Positions 59,011 to 64,000 of a DNA stretch of 64,000 bases are shown one piece after another. This DNA is from an uncultured Chloroflexia bacterium (GTDB lineage Bacteria; Chloroflexota; Limnocylindria; Limnocylindrales; CSP1-4). The notes beneath the pieces are model-generated. The model was not told where the DNA came from and did no database searches. It saw only the letters and a program-made list of their open reading frames with translations. Every line of letters begins with the position of its first letter. Position 1 is the stretch's first letter. The translations under genes were made by a program, and so were the position numbers. Location of the stretch: NCBI GenBank assembly GCA_963763775.1, contig CAVXPZ010000002.1, positions 28,331 through 92,330 on the forward strand. The letters are read 5' to 3'.

Positions 59011-59856
59011 TCACGCGTCCCGCGCGCAGGGGTACGAGCCGAGGACCCGCCACATCGTCGTGACGGCCCCGAGGTCCTCGAGCGCCGCCGCTGTCTCCGG
59101 CCGCGCGACGTCCGCATCGAGGTCCACCCAGAACACGTACTCCCAGGCTCGCTCGCGGCTGGGCCGCGACTCGAGCTTGTGCATGTTCAGCTCGTGGGCG
59201 GCGAAGACTCGCAGGACCGCGAGGAGCGTTCCCGGCTCGTTGCGGACCGCGACCACGAGGGTCGTCCGGTGCGCCGGTCCGGCGCCGATGACGGACGGTG
59301 GCGGTTCCCCGGCTCGGGCGAGGACCACGAAGCGGGTCCGGTTGCCCGGCAGGTCGCCGATCCCGTCGGCGAGCACCTCGAGACCGAAGAGGCCGGCCGC
59401 GCGGGGCGAGAGCACCGCCGCCGCGCCGCGCTCACCGCGATCCGCGATGGACTTGCCCGCACCGGCGGTGTTGTAGGTCGACAGCAGTTGCCACGGTCGC
59501 GACCGCAGGAACGTCTCGGCCTGGCCAAGGGCCTGGATGTGCGAGTAGACCCGCTCGACATCCTCGATGCGCTGGCCTGGCAGCGCCGCCAGGCACAGGC
59601 TCACCGGGACCACGACCTCGCCGACGATGATCAGCTCGTACTCGATCAACAGGTCGTAGTTCTCGCGGACCGTCCCGTTGATGACGTTCTCGATCGGCAC
59701 GACACCCGTCGCGGCCTCGCCGCTCGCCACGGCGTCGAACACGGCCCTGAAGCTGCCCAGCGGCGTCCGCGGCACGTCCCCGAAGGCCGCCAGCACGGCA
59801 TCCTCGGCAAAGGCGCCGGGTTCCCCGGCGTAGGCCACGATCGTCGGTTCGCGCAT
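59011..59856 (-). CDS. pheA: prephenate dehydratase
   Basis: PDT catalytic domain (TIVAYAGEPGAFAE...) and a C-terminal ACT domain (TLVVAVRNEPGTLLAVLRVFAAHELNMHKLESRP). Confidence 0.85.
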   Translation of the reverse strand: MREPTIVAYAGEPGAFAEDAVLAAFGDVPRTPLGSFRAVFDAVASGEAATGVVPIENVINGTVRENYDLLIEYELIIVGEVVVPVSLCLAALPGQRIEDVERVYSHIQALGQAETFLRSRPWQLLSTYNTAGAGKSIADRGERGAAAVLSPRAAGLFGLEVLADGIGDLPGNRTRFVVLARAGEPPPSVIGAGPAHRTTLVVAVRNEPGTLLAVLRVFAAHELNMHKLESRPSRERAWEYVFWVDLDADVARPETAAALEDLGAVTTMWRVLGSYPCARDA

Positions 59857-59906
59857 CGTGCCGATGAGTCTATCCGGGCGGGACCGCGGGTCGGCCCCGA
59901 GGACCG

Positions 59907-60452
59907 CTAGCGCTCGAACCAGGCCGTGGTGTCGTGCTGGCCTTCGTCCTCGTCGATGGCGGCGCGCCGTTCCCGCGCGACGCCGGCCGGGACCGGTGAC
60001 CCCGGCCGCGCCTCCGAGCCCGTGGCGGCCGCGGCTTCCGGGGCGCCGGCCCACTGCGTCTCGGCGAGCATCGCGTTGAGGGCGTTGAGGTAGGCCTCGA
60101 CGGACGCGGCGATGATGTTGTCGCTCCTGGCCTCGCCCGTGTACTCGCCCGCGCCGCGGGCCCCGCCGACGTCCGGCGGTGCGACACGGACGGTCACGGC
60201 GCCTTCCGTGTCGGTCCCCTCGCCGAGCGCATGGATGTCGTAGGCGAGCAATCGCGGGTGGCCGGCCAGGATCTCCGACAGCGCCCGGTCGACCGCGAGG
60301 TAGAGCGCGTCGATGGCCCCGGTCCCGTCGGCCGAGGCCCGCCACTGGTGGTCGCCGGCCTCGATGACCACGGCGCCGCGGCTGCGGGCGTTGCTGCCGG
60401 ACGTGACCGTCCAGCGAGTCAGACGGATCGTGGGGGACGAGTCGTCGGGCAT
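59907..60452 (-). CDS. standalone LeuA-allosteric(dimerisation)-domain protein (181 aa)
   Basis: ATG 8 nt after GGAGGTAG. The sequence ...RLTRWTVTSGSNARSRGAVVIEAGDHQWRASADGTGAIDALYLAVDRALSEIL matches the C-terminal regulatory domain of isopropylmalate/citramalate synthases. Confidence 0.55.
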   Translation of the reverse strand: MPDDSSPTIRLTRWTVTSGSNARSRGAVVIEAGDHQWRASADGTGAIDALYLAVDRALSEILAGHPRLLAYDIHALGEGTDTEGAVTVRVAPPDVGGARGAGEYTGEARSDNIIAASVEAYLNALNAMLAETQWAGAPEAAAATGSEARPGSPVPAGVARERRAAIDEDEGQHDTTAWFER

Positions 60453-60457
60453 CCGGG

Positions 60458-62146
60458 CTACCTCCGAGGCGTCGCGGTCGGGTGGACGGCCGCGGACCGC
60501 GGTTCCGACGGCCGCGCGGTGGTGAAGTGGCGCTCGTCGCGCCGCCGAAGCTCGGCTCCGGACTTCCAGATGGCGTACTCGATCGAGTCCGCGAGCGCCG
60601 CGGCCGAGGCCGCGATGATGTTCGTGTCGCTGCCCATCGTCGACCAGGTCCGGGCACCGTCCTGCGAGTCGATGATCACCCGGGTGCGGGCGGCCGTCGC
60701 GGCGCCGCCATCGATGATGCGGACCTTGTAGTCGACAAGGTGGACGTCGTCGAGGCCGGGGTAGAACGCCCCCAGCGCCTTGCGCAGGGCGGCGTCCAGG
60801 GCGTTGACCGGGCCGTTCCCGTCGGCGGCGGTGTGCAGGACCTCGCCGTCGACCTCGACCTTGACGGTCGCCTCCGCGAGGAGCTCGCGGCCATCCCGCT
60901 GCTCGACGAGACACGTGTAGTCGACGATCCGGAACGGCGCGGCGTAGTCGGTCGCGTGGCGGCGGATGAGCAGCTCGAACGAGGCCTCGGCGCCCTCGAA
61001 GGCGAGCCCTTCCGACTCGAGCTGCTTGATGAGCGTCGAGAGCTCGCGCGGGTCCACGACGCCCTCGAGCTCGTGGCCGAGCTGCTGCGCCCGGATCGAG
61101 GTGTTGGCCCGCCCGCCGAGCTCCGACACGACCAGGCGGCCGGCATTCCCGACCGAGCCCGGATCGACGTGCTGGTAGCTCCGCTCGACCTTCGCCACGG
61201 CCGCGCCGTGCACGCCGCCCTTGTGCGCGAAGGCGGACCGCCCGACGTACGGCTGGTAATCGGAAGGATTGACGTTCGCGATCTCCGCGACCGAGCGCGA
61301 GAGGTCCGTCAGACCGGCAAGGTCGCCACCGCCCGCCGGCACGAGACCGTGGCTCGTCTTGAGCGCGAGGTTCGCGAGGATGCTGACCATGTTCGCGTTC
61401 CCGCAGCGCTCACCGTAGCCGTTGATCGTGGCCTGGACGTGCCGGATCCCGGACGCCACGGCGGCCATCGAGTTCGCGACCGCCAGCTCCGCGTCGTTAT
61501 GCGTGTGGATGCCCCAGGTCACGGTCGGGGCGTCCGGCTCCCCCTCCAGGGTGCCGCGGACGTCGCCGATGATCGCCACGAGCTCGTCGGTCAACGTGCC
61601 GCCGTTCGTGTCGCACAGGACGAGCGTCCTGGCCCCGGCCTGGCGGGCCATCCGCAGGGTCGAGAGGGCGTACTCGCGGTCCGCCTTGTAGCCGTCGAAG
61701 AAGTGCTCGGCGTCGTAGACGGCCTCGCGCCCCCGGTCCACGACGAAGCCGACCGAGTCCGCGATCATGTCGAGGTTCTCCGTCGGCGTCGCGCCGAGGA
61801 CCTCGATGACGTGCAGCAGCCACGACTTCCCGAAGATCGTGACGACCGGCGTCTCGGCCGCGACGAGCTCGCGCAGGTTCGGGTCGTCCGCCGGGGCGTT
61901 GGCGCGGTGCCGCGTGGACCCGAAGGCCGCGAGCTTGGCGCGCTCCCAGCGCATCGTCCGGGCCGCCGCGAAGAACTCGATGTCCTTGGGGTTCGAGCCG
62001 GGCCAGCCGCCCTCGATGAACGGCATCCCGAACTCGTCGAGCATGCGGGCCACGCGCAGCTTGTCGGCGAGCGAGAGCGTGATGTTCTCGCCCTGCGTGC
62101 CGTCGCGCAGCGTCGTGTCGTAGAGGATGACCGGCTGGTCGCTCAT
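60458..62146 (-). CDS. cimA: citramalate synthase / 2-isopropylmalate-synthase-family protein (CimA-like, with its own LeuA_dimer domain)
   Basis: N-terminal MSDQPVILYDTTLRDGTQ (HMGL-like TIM barrel) and C-terminal ...VEVDGEVLHTAADGNGPVNALDAALRKAL. The ATG overlaps the leuB stop (ATGA). Confidence 0.75.
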   Translation of the reverse strand: MSDQPVILYDTTLRDGTQGENITLSLADKLRVARMLDEFGMPFIEGGWPGSNPKDIEFFAAARTMRWERAKLAAFGSTRHRANAPADDPNLRELVAAETPVVTIFGKSWLLHVIEVLGATPTENLDMIADSVGFVVDRGREAVYDAEHFFDGYKADREYALSTLRMARQAGARTLVLCDTNGGTLTDELVAIIGDVRGTLEGEPDAPTVTWGIHTHNDAELAVANSMAAVASGIRHVQATINGYGERCGNANMVSILANLALKTSHGLVPAGGGDLAGLTDLSRSVAEIANVNPSDYQPYVGRSAFAHKGGVHGAAVAKVERSYQHVDPGSVGNAGRLVVSELGGRANTSIRAQQLGHELEGVVDPRELSTLIKQLESEGLAFEGAEASFELLIRRHATDYAAPFRIVDYTCLVEQRDGRELLAEATVKVEVDGEVLHTAADGNGPVNALDAALRKALGAFYPGLDDVHLVDYKVRIIDGGAATAARTRVIIDSQDGARTWSTMGSDTNIIAASAAALADSIEYAIWKSGAELRRRDERHFTTARPSEPRSAAVHPTATPRR

Positions 62147-63273
62147 GCCGGCACCGCGGCGCCGAGGGCCTCGACGACCGCGGTCGCGAAGGCCGTCGTC
62201 CCGACGACGACGAACCCGTCCTGGAGGTTCGCCGGATCCGCCAGGTCGCCCGTCCGCCAGCCGGCATCGAGCGCGCCCGCCACGGCCGCTTCGACGGCCG
62301 ACGCCGCGTCGTCGCGGCCGAGCGACATCCGCAGCAGCATCGCGGCCGACAGGATGGTGCCGATGGGATTGGCCTTGTCCTGCCCGGCGATATCCGGCGC
62401 GGATCCGTGGATCGGCTCGTAGAGGCCGAACGTGCCGTGGGCCGTCCGACGCGTGCCGAGCGACGCGGACGGGAGCATCCCGAGGCTGCCGGCGAGGACC
62501 GCCGCCTCGTCGGAGAGGATGTCCCCGAACAGGTTCTCGGTCACGATCACGTCGAAGTCCGAGGGATGCCGCACGAGCAGCATCGCGCACGAATCCACGA
62601 GCTGGTGGTTGAGCGTGACGGCCGGGAAGTCGGCCGCGACCTCGTCGGCGATGGTCCGCCACAGCCGTGAGGTCGCCAGGACGTTCGCCTTGTCCACCGA
62701 CGTGACGCGCCCTCGACGGGCGGACGCCAGCTCGAAGGCGAGCTTGACGATCCGGCGCACCTCGGCCTCGGCGTACGGCAGGGTGTCGAGCGCCGAACGC
62801 TCCCCCACCGGGCCGGACGCCTCGCGCCGTTCGCCGAAGTAGATCCCGCCGGTCAGCTCGCGGACGATGAGCAGGTCGACGCCGTCGAGCAGCTCGGGCC
62901 GGAGGGGCGACGAGGCCACCAGCGCCGGGTGGACGCTGACCGGTCGCAGGTTGGCGTACAGGCCGAGCCCGCCGCGGAGCGCGAACAGCGCCTGCTCGGG
63001 GCGGACGGCCGCACCCGGGTCGGACCACTTCGGGCCGCCGACGGCGCCCAGGAGGATCGCGTCGGCCTCGCCGCACGCGGTCACGTCCTCGGGGCGGATC
63101 GCGACGCCGTACGCGTCGATCGCGATGCCCCCGACGAGGTACTCCGGCCAGGAGACGTGGAACCCGAAGGCCGCGCCCGCCGCGTCGACGACCCGCCGCG
63201 CGGCATCCACCACCTCGGGGCCGACACCGTCGCCCGGGATGACGGCGACGCGGTAGGTCCGGCTCGCGGTCAC
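62143..63273 (-). CDS. leuB: 3-isopropylmalate dehydrogenase
   Basis: Isocitrate/isopropylmalate dehydrogenase signature NLFGDILSDEAAVLAGSLGMLPSASL; 376 aa. Confidence 0.9.
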   Translation of the reverse strand: MTASRTYRVAVIPGDGVGPEVVDAARRVVDAAGAAFGFHVSWPEYLVGGIAIDAYGVAIRPEDVTACGEADAILLGAVGGPKWSDPGAAVRPEQALFALRGGLGLYANLRPVSVHPALVASSPLRPELLDGVDLLIVRELTGGIYFGERREASGPVGERSALDTLPYAEAEVRRIVKLAFELASARRGRVTSVDKANVLATSRLWRTIADEVAADFPAVTLNHQLVDSCAMLLVRHPSDFDVIVTENLFGDILSDEAAVLAGSLGMLPSASLGTRRTAHGTFGLYEPIHGSAPDIAGQDKANPIGTILSAAMLLRMSLGRDDAASAVEAAVAGALDAGWRTGDLADPANLQDGFVVVGTTAFATAVVEALGAAVPA

Positions 63274-64000
63274 GGCAGCCCCTCTTCGCTGCGCGGGGCC
63301 ACGAACGCGACCTTGACGCCGTTGATCTCGGCGCCGTGGAGCTTGTTGACCGCCACGAGATAGGCGTCGAGCGACGCCTCGATGATGTTCGTGGATAACC
63401 CGTGCCCGGACACGACGAGCGCGCCCGGACCCTCGTCCGAGGACCGCCGGCAGCGCACGAGCACCTGGCCCTGGGCATCCTCGCCGGCCGACACGGCCTT
63501 GATCTCGTACTCGGCAAGCGTCGGGTGCCAGCCGAGGATCGGCTGGAGGGCCTCGTCGACCGCGCCGAAGAGCGCGTTGACCGGTCCGTTCCCGGTGGTC
63601 TCGGCCGTCCGCTCGGCGCCTTCGACGGTGAGGGTGACCGTGCCGGTGGCGTTCCCGCCATGCGACGATGTCACGCTCCAGCCCACGAGCGCGACACTCG
63701 CGGGGACTTCGGCCGCCCGCTGCTCCATGAGGGCCATGAGGTCGGCGTCGGTGACTTCCTTCTTCGCGTCGGCGAGGGCCACGGCCTGGCGATACATCTC
63801 GTCGAGGGCCTCGCCCTCGAGCTCGTAGCCGAGCTCCTTGAGCTTGCCCTGAAGGCCACGCCGCCCCGACAGCTTGCCGATCGTCAGCTGGCTGCCCGAG
63901 AGCCCGACCGACTGCGGGGTCATGATCTCGTAGGTCAGCGGGTTCTTGATGACGCCGTCCTGGTGGATCCCCGACTCGTGCGCGAACGCGTTGCTGCCGA
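63270..64000 (-). CDS. leuA: 2-isopropylmalate synthase, C-terminal part (gene continues beyond the window end)
   Basis: In-frame sequence ...FAHESGIHQDGVIKNPLTYEIMTPQSVGLSG... and the LeuA_dimer domain GNGPVNALFGAVDEAL. The N-terminus lies upstream of position 64000. Confidence 0.8.
   Translation of the reverse strand, partial: GSNAFAHESGIHQDGVIKNPLTYEIMTPQSVGLSGSQLTIGKLSGRRGLQGKLKELGYELEGEALDEMYRQAVALADAKKEVTDADLMALMEQRAAEVPASVALVGWSVTSSHGGNATGTVTLTVEGAERTAETTGNGPVNALFGAVDEALQPILGWHPTLAEYEIKAVSAGEDAQGQVLVRCRRSSDEGPGALVVSGHGLSTNIIEASLDAYLVAVNKLHGAEINGVKVAFVAPRSEEGLP

Noticed and set aside
58311-59117. The 268-aa ORF as a 2H-phosphoesterase/LigT
   Set aside because: Only one H-x-T-x motif is present and the N-terminal 50 aa are Arg-rich junk, so it is kept as hypothetical with a shortened start
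1-64000. Search for tRNA, rRNA, CRISPR arrays, transposases, integrases, att sites or low-GC islands
   Set aside because: I found no cloverleaf-compatible low-GC segments, no spaced direct-repeat arrays, and no transposase, recombinase or phage-like ORFs. GC is uniform except for the 26355-26502 gap

Overview
This 64 kb window has uniformly high GC (about 70 percent) and looks like actinobacterial chromosomal DNA. It is densely coding, with roughly 58 protein genes. I found no rRNA, tRNA, CRISPR array, transposase or integrase. I read the following modules from the translated ORFs:
(1) 0-7.5 kb: an OmpR-type two-component system and two DUF5666-like secreted paralogs flank a minus-strand extracytosolic flavinylation cluster (ferric-reductase/NOX-like flavocytochrome, DUF5666, HtrA-like protease, FMN-binding protein, ApbE flavin transferase).
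(2) 7.6-11.6 kb: an AMP-forming acyl-CoA synthetase, a phosphoribosyltransferase, and a BNR/Asp-box beta-propeller protein paired with a MoaD/ThiS-like GG protein.
(3) 11.8-18.9 kb: a PucR-type regulator converging on a tightly overlapped minus-strand operon (membrane protein, O-methyltransferase, MoaD-MoaE fusion, DppA, DmpA, KamD-like protein).
(4) 21.5-41.7 kb: a large cell-envelope glycan locus. It holds a CPBP protease, a beta-helix protein, a GtrABC-like trio (GT-C-like membrane protein, 4-TM protein, polyprenol-phosphate GT2), GT2 and GT4 glycosyltransferases, a P-loop kinase, a Wzx-like flippase fused to GT2, a Pro/Thr-linker GH16 protein, a CDP-sugar tailoring set (Glc-1-P cytidylyltransferase, C-methyltransferase, SDR epimerase, RmlC-like epimerase, DUF4910), and a PIG-L deacetylase fused in frame to an LLM flavin oxidoreductase.
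(5) 41.7-47.8 kb: a 1220-aa secreted quinoprotein-dehydrogenase-like propeller protein with duplicated LamG modules, followed by a SipW signal peptidase operon carrying a TasA/camelysin-like protein and an FN3 protein that both have SipW-cognate signal peptides.
(6) 48-53.7 kb: acyl-CoA metabolism (enoyl-CoA hydratase, ADP-forming acyl-CoA ligase, acyl-CoA dehydrogenase, aldehyde dehydrogenase).
(7) 53.8-57.9 kb: PPK2, an APH-family kinase, a DUF853/HerA-like ATPase and a DUF4332 protein.
(8) 57.9-64 kb: mscL, a hypothetical protein, pheA, a standalone LeuA-dimer-domain protein, cimA-like, leuB and partial leuA.
About 11 genes show apparent frameshifts. That points to indel errors in the assembly rather than real pseudogenes, and it affects how far any single CDS call can be trusted.
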